In this document: positions 31,001-40,619 of the stretch, piece by piece | How positions within the stretch are numbered: the stretch's first letter is position 1 | Layout of the letters: every line of letters begins with the position of its first letter | Source of the DNA: Oculatellaceae cyanobacterium bins.114 | Lineage (GTDB): Bacteria; Cyanobacteriota; Cyanobacteriia; Elainellales; Elainellaceae | Length of the DNA: 64,000 nt | Assembly: GCA_033764315.1 (NCBI GenBank) | Contig: JANRJA010000203.1 | Coordinates: forward strand, 32,001-96,000 | Reading direction: 5' to 3' | The notes under the pieces: model-generated | Seen by the model: the letters and a program-made list of their open reading frames with translations, nothing else | Databases searched by the model: none | What the model was told of the DNA's origin: nothing | Position numbers and translations under genes: made by a program

Positions 31001-31797
31001 ACACTGGACTCGAACAACAAGTAGCCGATCGCACTGCTCAGTTGCAGCAAAAAATGCAGGAACTGCAAGATCTCAACGACCTAAAAGACGAGTTTCTCAA
31101 TGCTTTCTCCCACGACTTAAAAACCCCGGTCATGGGCATTTCTCTAGTGCTCAAAAATTTGCTGAATCAAGCAGGGGATCCGATGCCGATTTCGCGCTCT
31201 ATTTTAGAACGCATGATGCAGAGCAGCGAGCACCAACTGCACTTGATTACCTCTCTGTTGCAAGCGCACTCCAGTGAAACCAGAGGCGTGACGTTGCATT
31301 ATGAACTGGTGCAACTGAGCCTGTTGACCCAAGTGATCGTTGAAGATCTAGAACCCATCATTCTCAAAAATCAAGCCACGTTTACTAATCAAGTACCCCC
31401 CAACTTGCCGCTGGTCAATGCTGACCCCGTGCATCTGCGGCGGGTGTTTGAAAATTTGATTACGAATGCGTTGCACCATAACCCCCCCGGCATTCACATC
31501 ACCCTCGATGCCACCTCAGAAGAAGAGATGGTGCGCTTTACGCTACATGACACGGGCATGGGCATGACTAAGGACGTGTGCGATCGCCTCTTTCAACGCT
31601 ATACCCGTGGTCCAAAGTCACGGCATTCCACTGGAATTGGCTTGGGGCTATATCTCTGTCGCCAAATCATCACCGCTCACGGCGGCGAAATCGGAGCCTA
31701 TAGCACTCCAGGTCAGGGGTCAACCTTTTGGCTGACACTACCTTTGGCGATTCCTTCAGTTGCTCAACCTAATGCGGCGCGACAGGATGAAGCATAG
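28033..31797 (+). CDS. Multi-sensor histidine kinase (GAF-5xPAS-GAF-HisKA-HATPase)
   Basis: Five D(I/V)T(E/D)R-terminated PAS units; FSHDLKTP H-box; ENLITNA, DTG.G, GIGLGL. Confidence 0.93.
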   Translation: MVLSFDRSNLLRGVAQATSQLLTSSDFTIAIHNALATLGQVTQVDRIYICDIHPHPLTGEPASSQQFEWVHESVPALIDNPNLQDWTFTVGRFIDWLKTLQAGETVSCIIRELCPDELDHMPVQDVYSILIVPIFVNGNLWGFIGFDDCNRERQWSKDEEAVLQTMAASIGGAIARQQVEMALRQSEAQLQRITANVPGMIYQFLLKPDGTRQVLFASSGCQELLELSPEFIQSDFCHIADLCHPDDRLGFEQSVTHSSNTMQPWNWEGRIITASGELKWLQGFSRPERLSNGNLLWDGVLVDITERKRVEEASRHSELRYRAMLDASPDLMFRLSMNGRYLDFKGSRETDMPREVIVGQYLHDVLPLDVAELALQTIRKTLATGELQICEYQLLNDKGWRDYEARLVVSGKDEVLAVVRDVTDRKQVEAELRASEERLQSFFEATSEAVIIHDFDQILDVNPSAEAMVGYSCQELIGMPVLDLVAPDFREGVIQEWRSLTSPDQPYYYESVGIRKNGSTFLASVCAKALFYRGRQVRVAGIRDITERKQAEAAILQSEARNRALVNAIPDLMFLIHRDGTYLDCKVDDDNTSLLPAHELIGRTVYDVLPPDLAQQRMAYIEQALKTGKMQRFEYQLHLDGSDRASSLYRSISPNLSPTTTDEAHIRDYEARVVVSGEDEALAIVRDITERKRSEAALQTSEEKFSKAFRSSPNPMTIATLHEGLLIEVNDSYIETLGYSREESLGKTAHDLQLWVNRSDRDQVVHLLTQHGSVRSLEFLFRVKSGDIRIGLFSAEIIQIEDEMCLIDSIIDITERQRSEERDRLLAEIALRIHQSLDLQQIFNTTVAEVRQFLQADRVFIGQFDVSGNGHVVAESGNPNFSSVRDWVIDQAAYEEIKTVYLQGSFIINDVTQIDLPPSAKHAFEHYQTRATLGVPIVSEGRLFGAIVAHQCGVPREWQAFEVNLMEQLATQVAIAIQQAQLYQQVQDLNTGLEQQVADRTAQLQQKMQELQDLNDLKDEFLNAFSHDLKTPVMGISLVLKNLLNQAGDPMPISRSILERMMQSSEHQLHLITSLLQAHSSETRGVTLHYELVQLSLLTQVIVEDLEPIILKNQATFTNQVPPNLPLVNADPVHLRRVFENLITNALHHNPPGIHITLDATSEEEMVRFTLHDTGMGMTKDVCDRLFQRYTRGPKSRHSTGIGLGLYLCRQIITAHGGEIGAYSTPGQGSTFWLTLPLAIPSVAQPNAARQDEA

Positions 31798-31969
31798 GAA
31801 GCCAGGGAAGTGGGTAGCAGGCTTCCGCCATCTGCAAGGAAGGGTTAGAAGCACACCTCAATCCCCTGAGTTAAGGTTGAGCGATTAACATTTCAGAAAT
31901 GGCGAGACCTGACGTGAATTAAATGGTAGAGATTTAGCCATGACACATGCAACATGTGTTTAGACGGGT

Positions 31970-32584
31970 ATGTTAAATGTTCAAATCCGCCGATCGCACC
32001 CGGACGATTTAGACAAAATTCTTGAAGTCCAGACCGCTGCGCTGAGAGCCTTATCGTTTACCTACGATTCTACTCAGGTGGAGTCTCTCGTGCGGAGTCA
32101 GGCAACAGCTCGAACAGCAGAAGACGAAATCAGGGTGATTGCAGAATATGAGGGAGAATTGATTGGATATGCCGCAATTATGGCGTTGAAGCCTCAGATT
32201 TCTGGGATCTATGTCGATCCGAGATTTGTCAGGCAAGGAGTAGGCAGCCAACTACTAGAGGCGATTGAGCACATTGGGATTGAGCGTGGATATGCCATCG
32301 TGAACGTTATCTCATCCCTGGCAACAGTCGATTTTTACAAAGCTAGAGGATACCAAAATCCTTTGACAACTGGTTTTTATTCAGAGCAAAAGCATTGGAT
32401 CCGCTGTGTCAGCTTGCAAAAACAACTGATCAACATCCCAAAAGTTAAACGGTGGCGTCAACATTCCCATCGCTGGCTGAGTGGGCTAAAAGCAATCATG
32501 GTTTGGCTCCTGTTTCAAGTAGCCGTCATAGCGATCGCCTCTCTCGTTCTGTTTCTGATCTTTGCTATCCTCGTTCTCTTTTGA
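31970..32584 (+). CDS. GNAT acetyltransferase with C-terminal TM helix
   Basis: IYVDPRFVRQGVGSQLL, FYKARGY; strongly hydrophobic last ~28 aa. Confidence 0.85.
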   Translation: MLNVQIRRSHPDDLDKILEVQTAALRALSFTYDSTQVESLVRSQATARTAEDEIRVIAEYEGELIGYAAIMALKPQISGIYVDPRFVRQGVGSQLLEAIEHIGIERGYAIVNVISSLATVDFYKARGYQNPLTTGFYSEQKHWIRCVSLQKQLINIPKVKRWRQHSHRWLSGLKAIMVWLLFQVAVIAIASLVLFLIFAILVLF

Positions 32585-32739
32585 GATTGCCATTCTTGGC
32601 GGCACCCCTATCTATAAACCTTGCCCCATAAATAAAGCTTCACAACAATATTCTGGTTTTTGCCCAACAGTAGTGGTAGTACAAAATGAATCCATCAAGA
32701 TGGGCAGAAGACTGAGTGTAATCCCAATCCGGCTGATGC

Positions 32740-32833
32740 AATATCACCCAAGAATCGGTTAGAACGGGGTGCACCCCTGGCTAGGGCTTTGCCCCCAAAC
32801 CTCCTCAGATCAACTGTCTTGACAGTTGCTATA
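32740..32833. mobile_element. Degenerate copy of the 8493-8588 element
   Basis: ggttagaacggggtgcacccctggctaggg..gccccc...gctata. Confidence 0.55.
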
Positions 32834-32941
32834 GCGACATCAGGAGAGTCAAACCAAATAATTTTGTGTAAGCAATTTAATCGCCTCTGTTAAGTGGGCA
32901 AACTAAAAACACGAACAATCCTTACTGGACTGGAGTAATCC

Positions 32942-33994
32942 ATGAAGATCCTTGAGCAAACCCCCGATCGGTTGGTTCTGCGCCATCGTCCCTTAGGGTG
33001 GTGGATAGCAGGTGGTATATTTGCTCTCGTGGGTTTGCTGATTACCCTCTCAGGAGAACAGTCCACTCTGCGCTGCGATCGCATTCAACCCACTCAAGGA
33101 ACCTGTCAACTCAGCCACAAAAGACTCCTCAGTTTTTCCTCTCGCACCCTGCCTCTAGAGGTGATTGAGGGTGCAACGGTCAATGTCACCTCCATTCAAA
33201 AGACAGATCACTACACGGTCATCTTGCAAACCCAAACCGAAACGATTGGATGGGGCGAGCTCTCGACTGATCGCCCTAGCACAGAAGCGATCGCGGCCCA
33301 AATCAATGCATTTCTCAATAACCCTAACGAAACCACGTTACTCGTTCAACAAGATGGACGCCTAAACCTTTTACCCGGTGGCAGTCTTGTGGTTGTTATT
33401 GGGGTTAGCTTGATCATCTTTGCCACCACCAGCAAGTGTGTCTTTGACAAACCAAAAGGCAGCGTCTGGATTCACCATCAACGGCTTTTTCACACTCAAA
33501 CCGTGACTTGTCCTCTAGACGAGATTGAAAGGGCTAGACTGTCAAAATCGACATCGCGTAGCAAAGGTAAGACTGTTCATGAATCGCGCATTGTGCTTGT
33601 GCTCAAGTCAGACAAGTTATTGCCCTTGACCTCCAGTTACATGGCCAATCACAAAAGCCAGCAACATCTTTTAGAACAAATTCTGGTATTTTTAGCCTCG
33701 GCTCAGACTCACTCCTCTAGCCCATCAGAGGTTGATTTGATCAGCCATTTGCCCAGTCCCTCCTTGCTCAGAGAACAAAAAGCGATCGCCCAGTTAAAAG
33801 CGATCGCCCAACATAATCCAAACGATGCTGACGCCCACTATCGCTTGGGAATGGCCCTCTATCGCAGTAAGCAGGCTCAAGCCGCCAGTGAAAGCTTAAA
33901 CACAGCAAAAGCCTTGTTTACAGCTCAAAACAATGCTCAAAAAGTGATGGAAGTGCAAGAAATATTGTGGGATTTGCAGCTAGAACCCCGATAG
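32942..33994 (+). CDS. Membrane protein with C-terminal TPR
   Basis: Two TM segments; PNDADAHYRLGMALY TPR-like motif. Confidence 0.75.
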   Translation: MKILEQTPDRLVLRHRPLGWWIAGGIFALVGLLITLSGEQSTLRCDRIQPTQGTCQLSHKRLLSFSSRTLPLEVIEGATVNVTSIQKTDHYTVILQTQTETIGWGELSTDRPSTEAIAAQINAFLNNPNETTLLVQQDGRLNLLPGGSLVVVIGVSLIIFATTSKCVFDKPKGSVWIHHQRLFHTQTVTCPLDEIERARLSKSTSRSKGKTVHESRIVLVLKSDKLLPLTSSYMANHKSQQHLLEQILVFLASAQTHSSSPSEVDLISHLPSPSLLREQKAIAQLKAIAQHNPNDADAHYRLGMALYRSKQAQAASESLNTAKALFTAQNNAQKVMEVQEILWDLQLEPR

Positions 33995-34141
33995 GGAGAG
34001 GCGATCGCCATCCTCTTTCAAAAGCTTGAAAGAGGGGCAAAGCATTTGCCTCCAGATCGAGAGTGTCAAATCTAGATTGATCGTGCAAATACTCTACCCC
34101 TAAACCCTAGATGCTGTTTAGATCAGATCTAAAGAGGCACT

Positions 34142-36046
34142 CTAGAAGCTAAACTGCGTTCTCAAGTTGCCCACATAAATTGTGGGATTGCTATCAAAAT
34201 TATTGGCATTACCAATAATGTAGAAAGCAGGAACCAGCGCAATATTGTCAGTCAAGGGATAGAAATAGGTGGCTTCAAATTCGTATTGAACTCCACCATC
34301 ACCCGATCCTGATACCAAAAGATCGTGTCCATCCAAGACAGAGAAGGGAATCATATAAGACAGAGTCAACTGTGACCCTTCCTTCAACAGATCCAGGAAG
34401 GCAATACCTCCTTGAACGGCCTGAGCATCGACATCACCCGGTTCAATATGGGTGATGCCATAGGTATAGCGTCCAAACAACCCAATTGTAGGAGTCACCA
34501 ACCAGTCAAAGTTAGCACTGAAAGTGTCAGCCGTTGCATCATTCAGTGCTCCACCATTGCCGTCATCCAACAACCCATAAATTGGCTCCCCAGGCGCACC
34601 CCCAACCTGTCCAAACAAAGCATTCAGGTTCGAGCGGTTATACAGCAACCTCAAGTTAAAGTCACTGCTAGGCGAAAATGTCACCTCAGCAGTAATCGTA
34701 TTGGTTCCACCAAACAAGCCCTGGCTAGGGTCAGAAGAGGTGTTAAACAAACCGCTCGGCAAAAACTCGTCATTCTCACCTAGATAAGCCACATTCAGAC
34801 GAAACTGATCGTTAATTTTCCATAACAGTGCCGCACCCGAACCCCGGTCAATCGTATTGAGCAGCGTGCTGCCACCAGAGTTAAAGCTGCTCGCACCCGT
34901 CAAGAAAAAGGTGAAGCGATTGTTGTCAAAATAGCGATACCAGTTGATTCGCGGACCAACCACGGCTTGCAACGAATCGGTAATGGGAAACGAGTAAAAG
35001 ATTTCGCGAACAATCACCGTGCTGGAGCCGATATCAACTCCCGCTGTTTGATCAGTAAACGGAGTTCCAAAGGTGTTGTACAGACCTGCCGATGCAAAGG
35101 CATTAGCCGGTGAATCACCGTTACCGACAGCTAGTTGAGTCACCAGGTTATCTTTTCCAGTAAAAGACGTAGAGAGGGTCAACCAGGTCAAATAACTAAA
35201 GGTAATCTCTGGATCGTCTTCGACTGTAGCAACCAGGGGACGCCCCGTGACCGGATCGCGTCCTGCCGGTCGAATGACAGATGGAGCTGAGAGATCAGAG
35301 GTTTCTACTTGAATATCGCCATCTGCAAAAGCACCCGTCAGGTTAAACCAGGTCAAGCCCCGCAGCACAGTCGTTGTTGAAAACTGGTTGGCTTCTAGTT
35401 CCGCAGTCCGTCCTTCGAGCGCATCGACTCGGCCTCTCAGAGTCGCCAGTTCCGCAGCAAACTCCTCTTGCATCCGTTGAATGGTTGCCAGATCATCAGC
35501 GGTGACAGCATCGGCTAGACCTGCGGCAATGAGTTCGTTCACTCGATCGAGACAGGCATTCAAACCCGCTGCAAACTCATAGCGAGTCAGGGTGCGATTG
35601 CCCCGAAAGGTGCCATCGGGGTAGCCAGCAATGCAACCATAACGCTCGACCAAACTCTGAAGTGCCTGAAACGCCCAAGCGGTTGGTTCAACATCAGAGA
35701 GTTGAGAAACCGAGGTTACTTGCGCTAAACCATCTTCATCCTCAACCACTTGTAGAGGATCTACAACGCTGAGCGGATCAGGCGTTTCTAGCGAAGAAGC
35801 CGCCAATGTGTCTTCAACTGTAACCGTCTGAGGCAGAGAATCACCTACCAGAGTGACCGGTTCACTGCTAGTTACAGGTTCATTGGCAGATCCTACCAAC
35901 TCAGCATCTAAAGGATTAGGCTCTATTGCCACCACTGCTGAAGTATCAACAGACACCTCAGCTGCCAGAGCTGGAGCTGAAGTCATCCAATGGGAAATAA
36001 ACACTGTTGAACTGATCAACAGCATGTACCACGAATATTTATGCAT
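34142..36046 (-). CDS. Cyanobacterial porin (SLH domain + OprB-like barrel)
   Basis: QVTSVSQLSDV.PTAWAFQALQSLVERYGCIAGYPDGTFRGNR; ELEANQFSTTT; terminal RTQFSF. Confidence 0.95.
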   Translation of the reverse strand: MHKYSWYMLLISSTVFISHWMTSAPALAAEVSVDTSAVVAIEPNPLDAELVGSANEPVTSSEPVTLVGDSLPQTVTVEDTLAASSLETPDPLSVVDPLQVVEDEDGLAQVTSVSQLSDVEPTAWAFQALQSLVERYGCIAGYPDGTFRGNRTLTRYEFAAGLNACLDRVNELIAAGLADAVTADDLATIQRMQEEFAAELATLRGRVDALEGRTAELEANQFSTTTVLRGLTWFNLTGAFADGDIQVETSDLSAPSVIRPAGRDPVTGRPLVATVEDDPEITFSYLTWLTLSTSFTGKDNLVTQLAVGNGDSPANAFASAGLYNTFGTPFTDQTAGVDIGSSTVIVREIFYSFPITDSLQAVVGPRINWYRYFDNNRFTFFLTGASSFNSGGSTLLNTIDRGSGAALLWKINDQFRLNVAYLGENDEFLPSGLFNTSSDPSQGLFGGTNTITAEVTFSPSSDFNLRLLYNRSNLNALFGQVGGAPGEPIYGLLDDGNGGALNDATADTFSANFDWLVTPTIGLFGRYTYGITHIEPGDVDAQAVQGGIAFLDLLKEGSQLTLSYMIPFSVLDGHDLLVSGSGDGGVQYEFEATYFYPLTDNIALVPAFYIIGNANNFDSNPTIYVGNLRTQFSF

Positions 36047-36049
36047 TTA

Positions 36050-36060
36050 TCCTCACACCA
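36050..36060 (-). promoter_or_regulatory. Yfr1 sRNA-complementary site overlapping the porin RBS
   Basis: mRNA reads UGGUGUGAGGA-UAA-AUG, complementary to the conserved Yfr1 motif (ACUCCUCACAC). Confidence 0.7.
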
Positions 36061-36088
36061 AAAATCAAAACAAGACCGTAGCAGCCTG

Positions 36089-36130
36089 ACCGTATCAGAG
36101 CCAGATAAGCCGATATGTAATTTGGAATAC
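36089..36130 (-). promoter_or_regulatory. NtcA-activated-type promoter of the porin gene
   Basis: Minus strand GTA-TTCCAAAT-TAC (36130-36117), exactly 22 nt, then TACGGT (TAN3T, 36094-36089). Confidence 0.7.
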
Positions 36131-36407
36131 TAAGGAGAAAAAATGTGAGGAGAATCTCATAGAGAAATGTTACATAAAAGACTCAGTATCTTTAGCCACA
36201 GTTCTCAAGAGGGTTATATGTCAATTCTGAGAATATAAATCTGAGAATCTAAAGTGCGAAGCGAATGCTGTATTCTTAAATCCTTATTAACTCCGATTCT
36301 CTCATCGGCTTACCGGAGTATAATGATTATCAAAGGATTACTTGGGGAATGTGGGATTCAGTAAGCATCATAAATCCTGTTTCCCCCTTACAGAAGGAGT
36401 TTCAGCT

Positions 36408-37400
36408 ATGCAAATTGCAAACGATGTTACAGGATTGATTGGGAAGACACCTCTGGTGCGCTTAAACCGGATTCCTCAATCAGAAGGGGCTGTGGCACAG
36501 GTCGTTGCTAAGTTAGAGGGCATGAATCCTGCGGCTTCGGTTAAAGATCGAATTGGGGTGAGCATGGTGCAGGTGGCGGAGGAGGCTGGACTCATTGCTC
36601 CGGGTAAGACGATTTTGGTTGAACCGACCTCTGGCAATACTGGAATTGCTTTAGCGATGGTTGCGGCGGCGAAGGGATATCAACTGATTTTGACGATGCC
36701 TGAAACTATGAGCCTGGAACGACGGGCCATGTTAAAGGCCTATGGCGCACAGTTAGAGCTGACTCCTGGTGCACAGGGCATGAAGGGAGCATTGGCACGG
36801 GCAACCGAAATTGTGAATGAGTTACCGAATGCTTTTATGCCGCAACAGTTTGCCAACCCAGCAAACCCTAAAGTCCACCGGGAAACCACTGCCGAAGAAC
36901 TATGGGCAGACACAGATGGACAGATCGATATTTTGATCGCTGGAGTTGGAACGGGTGGCACCATTACTGGCATTGCAGAAGTGCTAAAACAACGAAAGCC
37001 TGAATTTAAGGCGATCGCCGTTGAACCTAAAGAAAGCCCTGTCTTATCAGGTGGCAATCCTGGCCCTCACAAAATTCAAGGCATCGGTGCAGGCTTTGTG
37101 CCTCAGGTTTTGAGAACTGACCTGATCGATGAAGTGATTCCGGTCAGTAGCGAAGAAGCCATTACCTTTAGCCGTCGTTTGGCACGAGAAGAAGGGCTAT
37201 TGTCTGGCATTTCTTCGGGGGCAGCGTTGTTTGCGGCTATTCAGGTCGCCAAGCGTCCAGAAAATACTGGAAAATTGGTGGTCTTTGTGCAACCTAGCTT
37301 TGGCGAACGCTATCTCAGCACGGTTCTGTTTCAAGACTTGCCAGCGGTGGAAGTTGCCCATCTCAATGGTGGCGATCGCGTTGTTGCGGCAGTCAACTAG
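36408..37400 (+). CDS. cysK: Cysteine synthase A
   Basis: [42 protein letters not shown] before ATG 36408. Confidence 0.96.
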   Translation: MQIANDVTGLIGKTPLVRLNRIPQSEGAVAQVVAKLEGMNPAASVKDRIGVSMVQVAEEAGLIAPGKTILVEPTSGNTGIALAMVAAAKGYQLILTMPETMSLERRAMLKAYGAQLELTPGAQGMKGALARATEIVNELPNAFMPQQFANPANPKVHRETTAEELWADTDGQIDILIAGVGTGGTITGIAEVLKQRKPEFKAIAVEPKESPVLSGGNPGPHKIQGIGAGFVPQVLRTDLIDEVIPVSSEEAITFSRRLAREEGLLSGISSGAALFAAIQVAKRPENTGKLVVFVQPSFGERYLSTVLFQDLPAVEVAHLNGGDRVVAAVN

Positions 37401-37553
37401 GGTCAACCTACTCCTGTCAGCCAACTCATATCAGCTTGGGTATGAGCCTCACCGATTCATTCCTGGCTATATAGGGCTTACGTTTGCGGCTCACTGGAGC
37501 TGACGGGGAAACCTGTGGTTTCAACGACCTAGATCCTGTGGTGAAATTGAGGA

Positions 37554-38540
37554 TTAAGCAAACAATTGGCTAAGCCGTCGCAAATCAACATTGCCCCCGG
37601 TAATTACAACCCCAACGCGAGCACCAGGGGCAGGGTTAACAATGCCCTCTAACAGAGCCGTTGCTGCCAACACCCCAGTAGGCTCCACCACGATTTTGAG
37701 GCGTTCCCAAAAAAATGCCATCGTCCGCAGCAGAGCCTCATCGGAGACAGTGACGATCTCATCCACATAGTGCAATACCAACGGAAACGTGAGGCTCCCT
37801 AAGGCAGGAGTTCGCGCACCATCGGCGATCGTCTCTGGGTTATAAATCGTTTGCAGGGTTTTAGTGCGGAACGATCGCGCCGCATCATCAGCCGTGGCTG
37901 GTTCTACCCCAATAATTCGACAATGAGGAGAGAGGGCACGAGTGGCGATCGCACATCCTGACAGCAAACCACCTCCACCGCAACAAACCAACAGAACATC
38001 AAGTGTGCCAACTTCGTCAACCAGTTCTTTAGCAGTCGTGCCTTGCCCAGCGATCACATGAGGATGGTTATAGGGAGGAATGATCGTCATACCGCGCTCC
38101 TGGGCTAGTTGTTGACACAATTCCACCCGCTTGGCTTCAGCCCGATCATGCAACACCACATTTGCCCCATATCCTCGTGTTGCCTCTTGCTTCACCAAAG
38201 GCGCATCCCGTGGCATCACAATGGTGGTGGGAATGCCCAGTAATTGACCTGCCAGGGCAATACCTTGAGCATGATTACCAGAGGAATAAGTCACCACGCC
38301 GTGTCGTTGTTGCTCTGGAGTCAGTTGAGACAAGGCATTGTAAGCCCCCCGAAACTTAAACGACCCGGTGCGCTGGAAGTTTTCGCACTTAAAAAAGATC
38401 TGACACTGAGTGCGATCGCCCACGGTGCGTGATGTCATCACAGGCGTGCGATTGGCAACCCCCATCAGCCGCTCGGCAGCAGCAGCAACATCCACATAAT
38501 TAACAGAACCGGAAACTTCTGGGGGTAGAATGCCAGTCAC
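37554..38540 (-). CDS. PLP-dependent Ser/Thr dehydratase family (threo-3-hydroxyaspartate ammonia-lyase-like)
   Basis: KCENFQRTGSFKFRGA, SSGNHAQG, GGGGL, TGGNVD. Confidence 0.9.
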   Translation of the reverse strand: MTGILPPEVSGSVNYVDVAAAAERLMGVANRTPVMTSRTVGDRTQCQIFFKCENFQRTGSFKFRGAYNALSQLTPEQQRHGVVTYSSGNHAQGIALAGQLLGIPTTIVMPRDAPLVKQEATRGYGANVVLHDRAEAKRVELCQQLAQERGMTIIPPYNHPHVIAGQGTTAKELVDEVGTLDVLLVCCGGGGLLSGCAIATRALSPHCRIIGVEPATADDAARSFRTKTLQTIYNPETIADGARTPALGSLTFPLVLHYVDEIVTVSDEALLRTMAFFWERLKIVVEPTGVLAATALLEGIVNPAPGARVGVVITGGNVDLRRLSQLFA

Positions 38541-38643
38541 ACCTAACCTCGATCATGCTATCGATATAAATGTAGCTTACGTTAGAGGTTAACTTCATTT
38601 CAGAGATCTACTGTGAGGTCGTCAACCCAAACCCACCACAGCT

Positions 38644-38829
38644 ATGTTCAACAATCCCTTAATCAAAGGTTTATTGGTGTTTTTAGCGATCCTGTTTGTC
38701 GTCGCTCCATTTGCCGGATTAGTGCCTTTAATGCTGTTTTTATTGTTTGCTGGAGTTTTTTACGCGATCGCCTCCGTGTTTGACACCTCCACTCCCTCAG
38801 ACCAGTCCAAGCCTCACTCCAATCCTTAA
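38644..38829 (+). CDS. Small membrane protein (61 aa)
   Basis: ATG start, two hydrophobic helices, fills the gap between flanking genes. Confidence 0.6.
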   Translation: MFNNPLIKGLLVFLAILFVVAPFAGLVPLMLFLLFAGVFYAIASVFDTSTPSDQSKPHSNP

Positions 38830-38840
38830 AACACCCTGCA

Positions 38841-40619
38841 TCAGGTTATCACCAACAACTCTGGAGGCAGGTCTGAACGGAGAGGCAACGTCACTGTAAA
38901 GGTTGTCCCTATCCCTTCTTTACTGGTAAAGGTGATGGTTCCTTGATGATGGGCAACGCACTCTCGAACGATCGCCAGACCTAACCCTGTTCCACGAATG
39001 GTGCTGACATTACTAGCCCGGTGGAATAGCTCAAACAAGCGAGGTTGATCATCCGAGGGAATTCCAATGCCCTCATCTTGAATCACGAAAACAGCACTGT
39101 ACTGATCACACGATAAGTGAAACGTCACAATGCTCTTAATGGGTGAATATTTAATCGCGTTAGAGAGCAAGTTTGTCAAAATCGATCGCAATAGTTTTGG
39201 ATCCGCTTTTACCTCTGCACAGTCTCCTTCAGCCGCAAAAGCAATCTCATAATTGCTGCCCACCCCCATTTGCATCTCTTCCACAATTTCATAACAAAAC
39301 TGCTTGAGGTCAAGCGTGGTCGGGTTAAACTCTAATCGACCTGCATCTGCCTTGCCAATCGTCAAAACATCTTCTAACAATTGAGTCATGTTTTGCACCG
39401 CCATCTGACTCCGTTGAAAATATTCTCGCTTTTTAGACTCAGTGACAACATCGTGATAACGCTCTAGCAATTCAAGAGACGTCCGAATGACCGTCAATGG
39501 GGTGCGTAGCTCATGAGACACCATCGAGACAAACCGAGACTTTAACTCATTCAACTCCCGCTCTTCTTGCAGTGCCAATTGCATCTCATATTCTGCTTGC
39601 TTGCCCTGGCGAATCATGTGCTCACGCGTGCGAATGCTGTCTACCATCGTCTCAAACACTTGTGCCAGGGTGTTTAGCTCATCTGGAAAAGGGCTTTTTG
39701 TGAGAGATGACAGATCCAGACTATAGGCTCCATCTCCAATGCGCTTAGCAGACTCTGTTAACTCAGTCAACTGCTGAGTCAACGCCCCCGACAAAAAGTA
39801 AATCAAGATAAATAGAACGGCATAGGTAATGACAAATGAAATCAAAACAAGGCTCCGAACTTCGGTCTGCACTTGATGCACATAGTCTGCCTGAATGTCT
39901 AATCCCAGAACGGCTACAATTTCGCCACGCTCGTCTCTTAACGGGGCAAATGCCGACAACCAAGTTCCCCATTGGTCGGTATAGATTTTAGGAGTTTCAA
40001 CAATTTCACCCTCTCGCAAGACTTGGTAAGTGACTGGACTGGGGACATCAGCCTGCAAAAATCGAGCCGCTTTCGACGGGTCATACACAGACCATAAATC
40101 AGTTAAATAGACAATTTCTAATTGATCAGGTTTAACGGCTGGTGCCCCTATTCGGCGATTGTTGCGTGCCGTACCCACAGCATAGGAATAGAGCCAAACT
40201 CGTGGCTCAACTGAATGCACCGTTTGAAACCAGCGCAATTGATTGATATAGCGCAAGTCGCTTGAAAAACCACTGGGATTGCGTTCTCCCTCTGCGTAAA
40301 GTGCCATTAACTCGTCAACATCCACTCCAGCCGCTGCGCCAATCAATGTTGTTCTCATGTCAGCTTTTAGCCGAGTCATGATCTTGGCAGTTGCAAATGT
40401 ATAGAACCAGTAGAAAGCACCCGCAAAGACAATGCTAAATACGATACTAAAACCGATTAGCAACTTGACCCGTAGGCTAACTGGTTGATTGTATCTTTTT
40501 GACTGCTTGGAGGCTGTTTGTCGCTCTACTGAGAGAGGGGGCTGCTGCAATTTGACCTCGTTGAAGGCGTAAATCAGAAAGTATTGAACTGTAACTGCCA
40601 ACGGATAGGCTACTTGCAT
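38841..40619 (-). CDS. Membrane sensor histidine kinase (TM-Cache-like-TM-HAMP-HisKA-HATPase)
   Basis: SAFAPLRDERGEIVAVLGLDI; DELNTLAQVF (HAMP); VSHELRTPL, NLLSNAIKYS, GTGLGL; start uncertain. Confidence 0.92.
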   Translation of the reverse strand: MQVAYPLAVTVQYFLIYAFNEVKLQQPPLSVERQTASKQSKRYNQPVSLRVKLLIGFSIVFSIVFAGAFYWFYTFATAKIMTRLKADMRTTLIGAAAGVDVDELMALYAEGERNPSGFSSDLRYINQLRWFQTVHSVEPRVWLYSYAVGTARNNRRIGAPAVKPDQLEIVYLTDLWSVYDPSKAARFLQADVPSPVTYQVLREGEIVETPKIYTDQWGTWLSAFAPLRDERGEIVAVLGLDIQADYVHQVQTEVRSLVLISFVITYAVLFILIYFLSGALTQQLTELTESAKRIGDGAYSLDLSSLTKSPFPDELNTLAQVFETMVDSIRTREHMIRQGKQAEYEMQLALQEERELNELKSRFVSMVSHELRTPLTVIRTSLELLERYHDVVTESKKREYFQRSQMAVQNMTQLLEDVLTIGKADAGRLEFNPTTLDLKQFCYEIVEEMQMGVGSNYEIAFAAEGDCAEVKADPKLLRSILTNLLSNAIKYSPIKSIVTFHLSCDQYSAVFVIQDEGIGIPSDDQPRLFELFHRASNVSTIRGTGLGLAIVRECVAHHQGTITFTSKEGIGTTFTVTLPLRSDLPPELLVIT

